Origin: Marinicella sp.
GTDB taxonomy: Bacteria > Pseudomonadota > Gammaproteobacteria > Xanthomonadales > Marinicellaceae
NCBI GenBank assembly: GCA_965230295.1
Contig: OZ246001.1
Span: forward strand, 672,001-736,000
Direction of reading: 5' to 3'
Length of the DNA stretch: 64,000 nt
The first letter of the stretch is position 1; each line of letters opens with the position of its first letter. The notes beneath the pieces were generated by a model, which saw only the letters and a program-made list of their open reading frames with translations, made no database searches and was not told the origin of the DNA. Shown here piece by piece: positions 30,141-39,833 of the stretch. Both the position numbers and the translations under genes were made by a program.

Positions 30141-31978
30141 TGGAAATGTTGCCTCTGACCAATGAGATGCTCATGGTGTTTGCCATTTTGGCTTACACCG
30201 TATTGATGTTCGTCACAGAGGTCATACGCATAGATGTCGCCGCGCTGTTGATTTTGGTTATGCTGGGCCTCTCCGGCCTGGTACCTGACACCCACCTGTT
30301 TGATGGCTTTGCTTCCAATGCCGTGATTGCCATCATTGCAGTGATGATCTTGGGAGCCGGTTTAGACCGCACCGGGGTCATGACGGCCGTGGCCAACCTG
30401 ATTTTAAGAATAGGCGGTAAAACAGAAAAAACAGTCATGCCAGTGGTCTCACTCACTGTAGGCGGCATTTCTGGATTCATGCAAAACGTGGGAGCCACCG
30501 CCTTGTTTCTACCGGTCATGAGTAAAATTTCCAGCGCTGCAGAATTGCCCATATCCCGGTTATTGATGCCGATGGGTTTTTGTGCCATTCTTGGTGGCAC
30601 TGTTACCATGGTGGGCTCGTCTCCATTGATCTTATTGAATGATTTGATCGCCACATCAAACCGTTCATTACCTCCCGGCGCGGACACCATGCCGACATTT
30701 AACCTGTTTGCCACCACCCCCATAGGCTTGGCCTTATTGGCCAGTGGTGTCATCTACTTTTTATTGATCGGTCGTTTTTTGTTGCCTCAAGCCAAAGACA
30801 TTGCCCACGGACACAACCACAAATCCGACAGCTATTTCAGGGACAATTACGGCATAGAAAAGACCATCACAGAAATGATTGTGAATAAAGACAGTCCATT
30901 GGTCGGTAAAATGATACAAGAATTGGAATTTGACACCCACATTCCTCATATTGTTGCCCTCTATACCGAAGATGAATCCATGCTGTCACCACCACGCAGT
31001 AAATTTATTTGGAATGGCGCTGTACTGGGCGTGATGGGCAGCAAGCAACAGATTGAAGATTTTGCAGAAGAATTCAATCTGACCATTTTGCCCAAATTGA
31101 AACAGTTTAAATTGGACTTCAACCCATCTATATCCGGGACATCGGAAGCAGTGGTGGTCCCTGGATCTCGTTATTTAGGTGTCAAACTGTCAGAATTCCA
31201 TTTTCGCAAGGAATTTGCCATCACCATTTTGGCCGTTTCCAGAAGCAATCGCATTTACACTGGCGAAGAAATGTATAACCTGGAATTACAGCTGGGTGAC
31301 ACATTCATCATACATGGACGGTGGACTGACCAAATGGGATTGGGTCGATCGCGGAATGTGGCGTTGGTCAGTGATGTACCGGCAGACCCACAACGACCAC
31401 AGAAAATTCCATTTGCATTGTTGTTCTTCTCAATCAGTATATGCCTGGTCATCTTCACTGATCTGAAACTGTCTTTGTCTCTGTTAACTGGCGCCATTGG
31501 CATGATCATTTTTGGGGTGTTGAATATGGACGAAGCCTACCGCGCCGTGAGTTGGAAAACAGTGTTTCTGCTGGCGTGCCTGATACCACTGGGTTATGCA
31601 ATGGAGCACACCGGTGCAGCGGCCTGGATCGCGCAACAAGCCATCAACACATTAGGCACCGTTCCACAAATCATTTATCAACTGGCCATAGCCACACTGG
31701 CCACCCTCTTTTCTTTGGTCATGTCAAATGTAGGTGCCACCGTGTTGTTGGTTCCCCTGGCCATCAACATCGCCTTAGAAACAGGCGGCAACCCAGTGGT
31801 TTATGCATTGATAGTGGCAATTTCAACCTCCAATGCTTTTATACTTCCCACCCATCAGGTGTCCGCCTTGATCATGGGGCCAGGTGGTTACAGTGTTAAA
31901 GAATTTCTCAAAGTCGGCAGCATCATGACCCTCTTGTTCCTGGCCGTTTCACTGACCATGATTAACTGGCTCTTTTAA
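30140..31978 (+). CDS. SLC13/DASS permease with TrkA-C domains
   Basis: Polytopic ends, MQNVGA/MSNVGA motifs, two RCK_C-like regions; 1-nt overlap with trmB. Confidence 0.88.
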   Translation: MEMLPLTNEMLMVFAILAYTVLMFVTEVIRIDVAALLILVMLGLSGLVPDTHLFDGFASNAVIAIIAVMILGAGLDRTGVMTAVANLILRIGGKTEKTVMPVVSLTVGGISGFMQNVGATALFLPVMSKISSAAELPISRLLMPMGFCAILGGTVTMVGSSPLILLNDLIATSNRSLPPGADTMPTFNLFATTPIGLALLASGVIYFLLIGRFLLPQAKDIAHGHNHKSDSYFRDNYGIEKTITEMIVNKDSPLVGKMIQELEFDTHIPHIVALYTEDESMLSPPRSKFIWNGAVLGVMGSKQQIEDFAEEFNLTILPKLKQFKLDFNPSISGTSEAVVVPGSRYLGVKLSEFHFRKEFAITILAVSRSNRIYTGEEMYNLELQLGDTFIIHGRWTDQMGLGRSRNVALVSDVPADPQRPQKIPFALLFFSISICLVIFTDLKLSLSLLTGAIGMIIFGVLNMDEAYRAVSWKTVFLLACLIPLGYAMEHTGAAAWIAQQAINTLGTVPQIIYQLAIATLATLFSLVMSNVGATVLLVPLAINIALETGGNPVVYALIVAISTSNAFILPTHQVSALIMGPGGYSVKEFLKVGSIMTLLFLAVSLTMINWLF

Positions 31979-32144
31979 TTTGGCAGGCCTGTTCAATCTT
32001 CAGTTTAAACAGCTCGCTTAACAATTTCTTGCTTTCCAGGTCGATGCCTTTTTTACAATAATTACATTCAGCCAATTGATTGATGATTGATTCGATTTCA
32101 TTCATCACTTTCTTTAATTCTATTTGATTCATTAATACACCCAT
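31962..32144 (-). CDS. Small hypothetical protein (60 aa, CxxC)
   Basis: AGAGG SD upstream of ATG; fills the intergenic gap; helical, with CNYC. Confidence 0.5.
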   Translation of the reverse strand: MGVLMNQIELKKVMNEIESIINQLAECNYCKKGIDLESKKLLSELFKLKIEQACQIKRAS

Positions 32145-32238
32145 TGTTTATTTTTCCTCTGCCCCCATTTTATAAATTCAGACCCCTTTCAATGCACCGC
32201 AATATTCTGATGCGCGTGTAAGAAAATATTGACAAGCG

Positions 32239-32247
32239 TGGTATAAT
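32239..32247 (+). promoter_or_regulatory. Extended -10 promoter for gpmA-dxs
   Basis: TG-G-TATAAT 27 nt upstream of the gpmA ATG. Confidence 0.5.
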
Positions 32248-32274
32248 TGAACTGTTTCAAATGGCAAATAAAAT

Positions 32275-33021
32275 ATGATTAAATTGGTCTTGTTAAGACA
32301 TGGCGAAAGTGAATGGAATCTGGCCAACCGGTTTACTGGTTGGAAGGATGTGGACTTAACTGATACAGGCATTGAACAAGCCCGATCAGCCGGGCAATTG
32401 TTATCAGAAGCTGGTTTTGAGTTCGACCAAGCTTATACTTCTGTCCTGAAAAGAGCCATCAAGACTTTCAACATTGCTGCCGATGTGATGGATCAGTCCT
32501 GGTTACCGGTCAAACGAAGCTGGCGCTTGAATGAACGCCATTATGGCGCACTTCAAGGATTAAACAAAGCAGAGACAGCAGCCAAATATGGTGATGAGCA
32601 AGTCCATATATGGCGCCGGAGTTATGCCACTCCACCACCAAAGCTTGATTGGGATGATGAGAGAAACATAGCTGGAGATCGACGCTATCAAGCACTGAGC
32701 AAAGATCAAATTCCATTGGGCGAATGCCTCAAAGACACTGTCGCCCGAGTATTGCCTTATTGGCATGAACACATCGTACCTGACCTCCAAGCCGGGAAAA
32801 GACTGATCATCGCAGCACATGGCAATTCATTGCGCTCCTTGGTTCAATATTTAGACAATGTATCCGAAACTGAAATTTTGAAATTAAACATCCCTACCGG
32901 CGTGCCTTTGGTCTATGAATTAGACGATGAGCTCAAACCCATCAAAAGTTATTATTTGGGGGATCAAGAGGCTTTAACTGCTGCCATGGATGCAGTGGCA
33001 AAGCAAGGTCAGGCACATTAA
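32275..33021 (+). CDS. gpmA: 2,3-BPG-dependent phosphoglycerate mutase
   Basis: [29 protein letters not shown]. Confidence 0.98.
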   Translation: MIKLVLLRHGESEWNLANRFTGWKDVDLTDTGIEQARSAGQLLSEAGFEFDQAYTSVLKRAIKTFNIAADVMDQSWLPVKRSWRLNERHYGALQGLNKAETAAKYGDEQVHIWRRSYATPPPKLDWDDERNIAGDRRYQALSKDQIPLGECLKDTVARVLPYWHEHIVPDLQAGKRLIIAAHGNSLRSLVQYLDNVSETEILKLNIPTGVPLVYELDDELKPIKSYYLGDQEALTAAMDAVAKQGQAH

Positions 33022-33045
33022 CGACACCAGCGATCAGAGTACCTC

Positions 33046-34932
33046 ATGAGCACCAAATACCCATTGTTAGACACCATCAATATCCCGGCTGATTTACGTC
33101 AACTGGAAAAAAAACAGCTGAAACAGGCCGCTGATGAGCTGCGGGCTTATTTGATTGATCACATCTCTCAATGTGGCGGACATTTTGGGTCTGGATTGGG
33201 TACTGTAGAACTGACTGTGGCTTTACATTATGTGTTTCAAACACCACATGATCGATTGGTGTGGGACGTTGGACACCAAGCCTATCCTCATAAAATATTA
33301 ACTGGCAGAAAAGGCCGCCTGACATCAATCAAACAAAAGCAGGGGCTCGCCCCTTTCCCCAAACGTACCGAAAGCGAATATGACACGTTTGGCGTGGGGC
33401 ATTCTTCGACTTCAATCGGGGCCGCCTTGGGCATGTCATTGGGCAGTCAAGTAACGGGGACTGAACGTGAAGTGGTGGCTGTGATAGGAGATGGCGCCAT
33501 GACCGCGGGTATGGCCTATGAAGCGTTGAATCATGGCGGAGAACTGGATACCAACATGTTGGTGGTTCTCAATGAGAACGAAATGTCCATTTCACCTAAT
33601 GTGGGGGCTCTGGCCCGCATGCTCATTAAAATAGTCAGCGGCCGGACTTACAACCGCATGCGTGAAAAATCCAAACGCATTATGCGACGAGGCTCTTGGT
33701 TGTGGAAGTTCATATCTCGCTGGGAAGAACACACCAAAGGCATGTTTGTGCCCAACACCTTGTTTGAAGAATTGGGCTTTCATCACTTGGGACCCATTGA
33801 TGGTCATGATGTTGAACAATTGGTTGAGAAACTCGAAATTGCCAAAGACATCAAAGGCCCTAAATTACTGCACATCATCACCAAAAAAGGCAAGGGCTAT
33901 AAGCCCGCGGAAGCCGATCCGATCAAATACCATGCAGTGGGTAAATTCGACCCCAAAGAGGGCATCCAAAGCAAAGCAAAACCTTCCAAGCCGACTTATA
34001 CCGAGGTGTTTGGCCAATGGTTGTGTGATATGGCTCGATTAGACAAACAATTGGTCGGCATCACCCCTGCCATGCGCGAAGGCTCTGGTCTGGTAGAATT
34101 TTCTCAACTGTTCCCCAAAAGGTATTTTGATGTGGGGATCGCTGAACAGCATGCTGTTACATTGGCGGCAGGCATGGCATGTGAAGGAGCCAAACCTGTG
34201 GTGGCCATTTACTCCACATTTTTACAGCGTGCATACGATCAACTGATCCATGACGTGGCCATTCAAAACCTGGATGTGCTGTTTGCCATCGATCGAGGTG
34301 GTGTGGTCGGGCCAGATGGTGCCACCCATGCAGGCAACATGGACATCAGCTTTTTGCGATGCGTTCCCAACATGACCATCATGGCACCCGCCAATGAAGA
34401 TGAATGCAGACAAATGCTATACACAGGCTATCAACACGCTGGACCAGCTGCGGTTCGTTACCCCAGGGGTAAAGGACCAGGTGCAGCCATATTACCGAAA
34501 ATGACGCCATTAGCGATTGGCGAAGCCCAACGGGTCAGAAAAGGTGATAAGCACATCGCCATATTATCTTTTGGCGCTTTGTTAGAAGAGGCCAAATCAG
34601 TGGCTGAAAAACTGGATGCCACATTGATCAACATGCGCTTTATCAAACCCATTGATCGGAATATGATAGAGAAAGTGGCTCGCACCCATGAACACATCAT
34701 CACTTTAGAAGACAATGTCATCCAAGGCGGTGCTGGCAGCCATGTCAATGAAGTCCTGCATCAACTGAAATTACATACACCTGTATTAAACTTAGGTTTG
34801 CCTGATGTATTCCAAGATCATGGAACCAGAGAAGAGTTGCTGGAAGAAGCCGGCCTGAGTGCTGATCTGATGCTACAACAAATCAATGAATTCACCAAAA
34901 AGAAGGCCAACAACAAAGTATTTTCTTTATAA
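33046..34932 (+). CDS. dxs: 1-deoxy-D-xylulose-5-phosphate synthase
   Basis: [32 protein letters not shown]. Confidence 0.98.
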   Translation: MSTKYPLLDTINIPADLRQLEKKQLKQAADELRAYLIDHISQCGGHFGSGLGTVELTVALHYVFQTPHDRLVWDVGHQAYPHKILTGRKGRLTSIKQKQGLAPFPKRTESEYDTFGVGHSSTSIGAALGMSLGSQVTGTEREVVAVIGDGAMTAGMAYEALNHGGELDTNMLVVLNENEMSISPNVGALARMLIKIVSGRTYNRMREKSKRIMRRGSWLWKFISRWEEHTKGMFVPNTLFEELGFHHLGPIDGHDVEQLVEKLEIAKDIKGPKLLHIITKKGKGYKPAEADPIKYHAVGKFDPKEGIQSKAKPSKPTYTEVFGQWLCDMARLDKQLVGITPAMREGSGLVEFSQLFPKRYFDVGIAEQHAVTLAAGMACEGAKPVVAIYSTFLQRAYDQLIHDVAIQNLDVLFAIDRGGVVGPDGATHAGNMDISFLRCVPNMTIMAPANEDECRQMLYTGYQHAGPAAVRYPRGKGPGAAILPKMTPLAIGEAQRVRKGDKHIAILSFGALLEEAKSVAEKLDATLINMRFIKPIDRNMIEKVARTHEHIITLEDNVIQGGAGSHVNEVLHQLKLHTPVLNLGLPDVFQDHGTREELLEEAGLSADLMLQQINEFTKKKANNKVFSL

Positions 34933-34961
34933 AAAGAATCCCGGGTTGAAATTTAAAAGCT

Positions 34962-35498
34962 TTAACTCTTAGCCAGTATATATTGTGTCATTTCATGATC
35001 CGGGTAATGCCATTTCAAATAGTTTTTGTAACTGGCCGTTTTTTTACCCGCTCCCTTTTCTTCCAAGTAATTGATGATGGCAACCAATGCATCAATAAAT
35101 TCCGGAAGCTCACACTCCTTGCGAATCATGTTGTTGATGATATAAACAGCATTGTTTTCGAATCCATTGGCCGCAAATACGACAGACAGCTTGACCAAAG
35201 TTTCATCATCTAACTGGATGCGACCTTGCGTGGTGGTCATGTATTTAACGAAATCGCTGTGGATTTTCTCACCAGAAACGTCGAACTGCATTTGCAAATT
35301 GAAATAATCTTTGGCTGCATGGTGATGGTAATCATCAAACGGAATGTATTTCCCATATTCAAAGCGCAAGCGAGCCAAATCCAAACTGTTGGGGTATTTT
35401 TTGAAGGTATTGGCCAGTATTTTCATGGCTTTTTTATAATTACCTTTCTCTATGTATTTTTCAGCTCGGGCTACTGGGTTTAATCGATTTCCAAACAC
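34962..35498 (-). CDS. Hypothetical TPR-like helical protein
   Basis: 178-aa ORF; AEKYIEKGNYKKAMKIL....KKYP TPR-like pattern. Confidence 0.65.
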   Translation of the reverse strand: MFGNRLNPVARAEKYIEKGNYKKAMKILANTFKKYPNSLDLARLRFEYGKYIPFDDYHHHAAKDYFNLQMQFDVSGEKIHSDFVKYMTTTQGRIQLDDETLVKLSVVFAANGFENNAVYIINNMIRKECELPEFIDALVAIINYLEEKGAGKKTASYKNYLKWHYPDHEMTQYILAKS

Positions 35499-35554
35499 AA
35501 TCCATCATTGACTAAGTTTAATGGGTACATAGCATAGCAAAAATGGACAATAAT

Positions 35555-36229
35555 TCATATCATTTGATTGGCAGCCATTGAAAATGAATGGTTTGTTGAC
35601 AACACAAAATGATCCAACACTTTCACATCGACCAAAGCCAGTGTTTGTTTCAGTCGGGCAGTGAGTTTGATATCAGCATCGCTGGGTTGAACATCTCCAG
35701 ATGGGTGGTTATGGGCAAAGATGATGGCCGCTGCATTGTGCTGCAAACACAATTGAGCGACCGTTCGTGGATAAACTTGTGCGGCATTGATGGTGCCATT
35801 GAACAGGTACTCAAACTTGATCAATTGATTTTTACTGTTCAAAAAAATACCGGCAAACCGCTCATGCTGACTGTGTTCAAAATTGGCCATCAAAAATCGT
35901 TTCACAACCTCAGGTTCTGAAAAACTGGTTGTGCTGTTAAACCCTTCATTGATGGCCCGTTTCACCAGTTCGTTGGCAGCTTGCAGCTGTGCGTATTTTG
36001 CCAACCCAAGCCCTTTCAATGCATTGAACTCAACCAAGGTAGCATCCAATACTTGTCGCACTCCACCAAAATAACACAACATGTCATCGGCCAATTGAAT
36101 GGCACTTTTACCACGAACACCAATGCGAAGAAAGATGGCCAACAGCTCAGCATCAGACAAAGTATTGGCCCCATCATTGACCAGCTTTTCCCTGGGTCTT
36201 TGTTCTTTTTTATTCAAAATAACCATCAT
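35555..36229 (-). CDS. radC: RadC/JAB-domain protein
   Basis: RPREKL, LSDAELLAIFLR, AHNHPSG...PS.AD, LDH. Confidence 0.95.
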   Translation of the reverse strand: MMVILNKKEQRPREKLVNDGANTLSDAELLAIFLRIGVRGKSAIQLADDMLCYFGGVRQVLDATLVEFNALKGLGLAKYAQLQAANELVKRAINEGFNSTTSFSEPEVVKRFLMANFEHSQHERFAGIFLNSKNQLIKFEYLFNGTINAAQVYPRTVAQLCLQHNAAAIIFAHNHPSGDVQPSDADIKLTARLKQTLALVDVKVLDHFVLSTNHSFSMAANQMI

Positions 36230-36372
36230 TAATTGACAAAGGATGTTAATGATAGACGTCAAGAGGAAACATTGCCGTCAATAGAGTCTTACTTGTCCGT
36301 AGGAATTCATAACATTGGAGATTTTTCTTAATGTGGTTTAAAATCTATTTTTACTGATTGTTCCATGCTTGA

Positions 36373-36828
36373 ATGAAGTCAATTGATTTAAAAATTATGG
36401 CGCCGGAGTTCGCCGCTGAATTTGGCGTGCCAAAATACACAACTGACGGCTCAGCAGGCCTGGACTTGCGGGCCTGTATCGAAGATGATATGACCATTGA
36501 GCCAGGTCAAACCCAACTGATTCCAACCGGCATCGCCATTCACATAGCTGATCCTGCTTTGGCCGCAGTGATCTTACCCAGATCTGGCATGGGCCATAAG
36601 CACGGTATTGTGCTTGGCAATTTGGTTGGATTGATAGATTCGGATTACCAAGGACAACTGTTCGTATCTTGTTGGAATCGATCAGCTAAAAACTTTACCC
36701 TCGACAGAGGTGCCAGATTGGCACAATTGGTCTTTGTACCTATCGTTCAAGTTGAATTCAATCAGGTGGATTCATTTGATCACAGCTTACGGGGCGAAGG
36801 TGGTTTTGGGCATACTGGAGTTAATTAA
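36373..36828 (+). CDS. dut: dUTPase
   Basis: [34 protein letters not shown]. Confidence 0.98.
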   Translation: MKSIDLKIMAPEFAAEFGVPKYTTDGSAGLDLRACIEDDMTIEPGQTQLIPTGIAIHIADPALAAVILPRSGMGHKHGIVLGNLVGLIDSDYQGQLFVSCWNRSAKNFTLDRGARLAQLVFVPIVQVEFNQVDSFDHSLRGEGGFGHTGVN

Positions 36829-37619
36829 TGGATTTAAAAGAATTGATCACAGCATTCAAACAAAAATTATCGAAAAACGGTGATGAAAAGGAAGGCGTTA
36901 AAGATGAATCTGAAGAAAACAAAGATGCAACTACTGATGTAAAAGGTAAAAAGAAACCACTGATTGATTTTGGTGAAGAATACTTCTGGACCAGTTGTTT
37001 TGCAGTTGCTGTCATTGCTGCCCTGTTGTTTGGGTATCTGCTTAAGAACAACTATTTTGAATTCCAGGCTTTGACCCATTTAGAAAATCAAAGTGAAAAT
37101 TTGGCCGCCTCTATCGAACAGAGTACCCAAGATGTGAACCAACTGGCTTCGGCCATCATTGCCCTGAACCCAAATGCAGAAAACATCGTTGAATTGATTG
37201 AATCCAGCGTTGATAACACACTGCGAGTCATCAAGGTAGAAGAGCCAATAGACACCATTGAACCCACTCCTGAATTTCCTGGTATCAATTTTGCCACTTA
37301 TGACATGCTCAAACAGACCAGTGAAAAACAGGAAGAACAATTGCCTGAAATTCACTTGTATGGTCAGAGTAATCAGTACTTGAATTATGTCTATATTCAG
37401 AAACCCGATGAAACTTATGTGGTGGTGAGTTATCCAGTTGAACTCATCATCAAACCACAAAAAATGCAATTCGTTGACAGCGAATTGGCGTTGGTACAAA
37501 AATCGGGACCTTACAGCAGCGTGGTGTTACAAAAATGGGGAATGTGGACCCCAATACCTCAAGAAAAAACCAAGAAATCAGTGTTCCAAACACCCACTTT
37601 TATGTCACTTATGCCGTAG
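36828..37619 (+). CDS. N-terminal TM/periplasmic module, probably the frameshifted 5' part of the PMM/PGM gene
   Basis: TAATG overlap with dut; one TM followed by a soluble domain; overlaps the next ORF, which is in the -1 frame. Confidence 0.6.
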   Translation: MDLKELITAFKQKLSKNGDEKEGVKDESEENKDATTDVKGKKKPLIDFGEEYFWTSCFAVAVIAALLFGYLLKNNYFEFQALTHLENQSENLAASIEQSTQDVNQLASAIIALNPNAENIVELIESSVDNTLRVIKVEEPIDTIEPTPEFPGINFATYDMLKQTSEKQEEQLPEIHLYGQSNQYLNYVYIQKPDETYVVVSYPVELIIKPQKMQFVDSELALVQKSGPYSSVVLQKWGMWTPIPQEKTKKSVFQTPTFMSLMP

Positions 37620-39244
37620 AGAAAAACTACAGTGGCTTATTAAATCTGTCCATGACCAACAGTGCCATTGCTTTGATTGCAGCTTGTATATTGGCATGGT
37701 TGACCTTTATGAAAAGAAAAGAAAAATTGGCTGAAATCAAAGCCGCCAAGACCGCTAAACAAGAAGAGCATGTTTATGTTCACACTCCAAATATTAAGAA
37801 GAAAGACGGTTTGCCCAACTTGGAAGACAAACAAGCAGGCACCGAAACTGACAAGAAAGCAGAACCAGTAAGCTTACCTGACAAATCCATTTTCAAGGCC
37901 TATGACATCAGGGGTATCGTTGACCAGACTTTGACGGTCAGTGCAGTTGAACAAATTGGTCATGCCATTGGTTCTGAAAACCTCAATCGAGGTAGAAAGA
38001 GCATCGTGGTGGCCAGAGATGGTCGCATATCTGGCCCATCCTTACTGGAAGCTTTGATAACAGGCATCACCCGCAGCGGCTGCGATGTCATCAACATCGG
38101 TGCTGTACCAACAGGTGTCCTTTATTTTTCAACCCATCATTTAGAGACGGGTTCAGGCGTCATGCTCACTGGCAGCCACAACCCCGCCGATTACAATGGC
38201 TTAAAAATCATGCTTGATGGCGAAACATTGGCTGGTAAATTAATTTCGAACCTGTATGACATGATCGCTTCAAATGATCTACTTCATGGTCAAGGCTCTG
38301 TACAAGAACTTGACATTGCCGATGACTATGTGGATTACATCAGCTCAGAAATACAGTTGGAAAATGAACCCACAGTCGTGGTTGACTGCGGTAACGGCAT
38401 TCCGGGAGTGCTTGGACCGGAGGTGTTGGAAGAGATTGGATGTAACGTCATTCCTTTGCATTGTGAAGTTGATGGTAGTTTTCCCAATCACCACCCAGAC
38501 CCCAGTGTTCCAGAGAATATGCAAGATTTGATAGCCACATTAAAATCAGTGGACGCAGACATTGGAATCGCATTTGATGGCGATGGCGACCGTTTAGGCG
38601 TGGTCACCAAAGAAGGAGAAATCATCAACCCTGACCGATTGTTGATGTTATTTGCCAAAGACGTTTTATTGAGACAACCTGGCTCCAGTATTATTTTTGA
38701 TGTTAAATGTACTGGACACTTGCCCAAATCAATTGTTAAGCATGGCGGCATGCCGATCATGTGGAAAACCGGGCATTCATTCATGAAAGCCAAACTGAAA
38801 GAGACCAATGCCGCATTGGCTGGTGAAATGAGTGGGCACTTCTTCTTTAATGAACGCTGGTTTGGTTTCGATGATGGTATATATGCAGCAGCACGTCTGC
38901 TTGAAATATTGGACCAGGAAGAAGACACACCGCAAGAAGTGTTTGATACACTGCCCAACAGTGTCAATACACCTGAATTGAAAGTTCATATGAAAGAAGG
39001 CGAACACTATTTGTTCATGGAAGAATTTGTTGAGCGAGCAGAGTTCCCAGATGCCAAAATAACTACAATTGATGGCATCAGGGCTGATTTCGCCGGTGGT
39101 TGGGGTTTGGTCAGGTGTTCTAACACCACACCTTGTTTGGTGATTCGATTTGATGCCGACGATGAAGAAACATTAGAAGAAATTAAGGAAGAATTCAGAA
39201 CACAACTTTTGGCTGTCAGTGATTCCTTAGAATTGCCATTTTAA
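37535..39244 (+). CDS. Phosphomannomutase/phosphoglucomutase (AlgC-like) preceded by a TM and linker
   Basis: IFKAYDIRG, TGSHNP, DGDGDR, GEMSGH, RCSNTTP. Confidence 0.92.
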   Translation: MGNVDPNTSRKNQEISVPNTHFYVTYAVEKNYSGLLNLSMTNSAIALIAACILAWLTFMKRKEKLAEIKAAKTAKQEEHVYVHTPNIKKKDGLPNLEDKQAGTETDKKAEPVSLPDKSIFKAYDIRGIVDQTLTVSAVEQIGHAIGSENLNRGRKSIVVARDGRISGPSLLEALITGITRSGCDVINIGAVPTGVLYFSTHHLETGSGVMLTGSHNPADYNGLKIMLDGETLAGKLISNLYDMIASNDLLHGQGSVQELDIADDYVDYISSEIQLENEPTVVVDCGNGIPGVLGPEVLEEIGCNVIPLHCEVDGSFPNHHPDPSVPENMQDLIATLKSVDADIGIAFDGDGDRLGVVTKEGEIINPDRLLMLFAKDVLLRQPGSSIIFDVKCTGHLPKSIVKHGGMPIMWKTGHSFMKAKLKETNAALAGEMSGHFFFNERWFGFDDGIYAAARLLEILDQEEDTPQEVFDTLPNSVNTPELKVHMKEGEHYLFMEEFVERAEFPDAKITTIDGIRADFAGGWGLVRCSNTTPCLVIRFDADDEETLEEIKEEFRTQLLAVSDSLELPF

Positions 39245-39263
39245 TAAATAATAAGAGGTTAAC

Positions 39264-39812
39264 ATGGGCTTAAAAGATCAAACTTCTCATTACGGTTTGG
39301 TGTCACGATTAAACCACTGGGTGGCAGCAATCGCAGTCATTGGCTTGCTTATTGTTGGCCTTTACTTCAATGACATGCCAAGGGGGGACGAAAAGTCCTA
39401 TTGGCTGAAATTACACATCGGCTTTGGCGGATTGGTGTTCTTATTTCTTTGGTTCAGGGTATTGTGGCGTCTATTTTCAAAGTCACCTGAGGCTGCTGAT
39501 CAACGAGCTTCTTTACAAATGGCCACCAAAATTGTTCATTGGCTGTTATTGCTTTCGGTCATGGTGATGGCCGTCAGTGGACCATTTCTCGTTTGGACCC
39601 GAGGTGCAGGTATCAATGTATTTGATTGGTTCACCATTCCGACTCCGATTGGCAAGATGCCAGAGCTGCACGAGTGGATGGAAACAATCCACATGATTGC
39701 ATCAAAAGCTTTGTTAATTGCCATCAGCATCCATATCCTGGCAGTATTAAAACACCAATTCATTGACAAAGACCAAGTGCTGGCTCGTATGGTTAAACTC
39801 CTACGTAAATAA
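39264..39812 (+). CDS. Cytochrome b561 family
   Basis: Four TMs with heme His residues (NHW, LHIG.G, IH, IHILA.LKH). Confidence 0.9.
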   Translation: MGLKDQTSHYGLVSRLNHWVAAIAVIGLLIVGLYFNDMPRGDEKSYWLKLHIGFGGLVFLFLWFRVLWRLFSKSPEAADQRASLQMATKIVHWLLLLSVMVMAVSGPFLVWTRGAGINVFDWFTIPTPIGKMPELHEWMETIHMIASKALLIAISIHILAVLKHQFIDKDQVLARMVKLLRK

Positions 39813-39833
39813 CCACATTAATCAGACGACCAA

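Noticed and set aside
30193-30753. 186-aa minus ORF
   Set aside because: Antisense shadow of the SLC13 permease.
35555-36229. radC as a marker of a mobile element
   Set aside because: Full-length chromosomal type next to dut; no integrase or cargo genes nearby.
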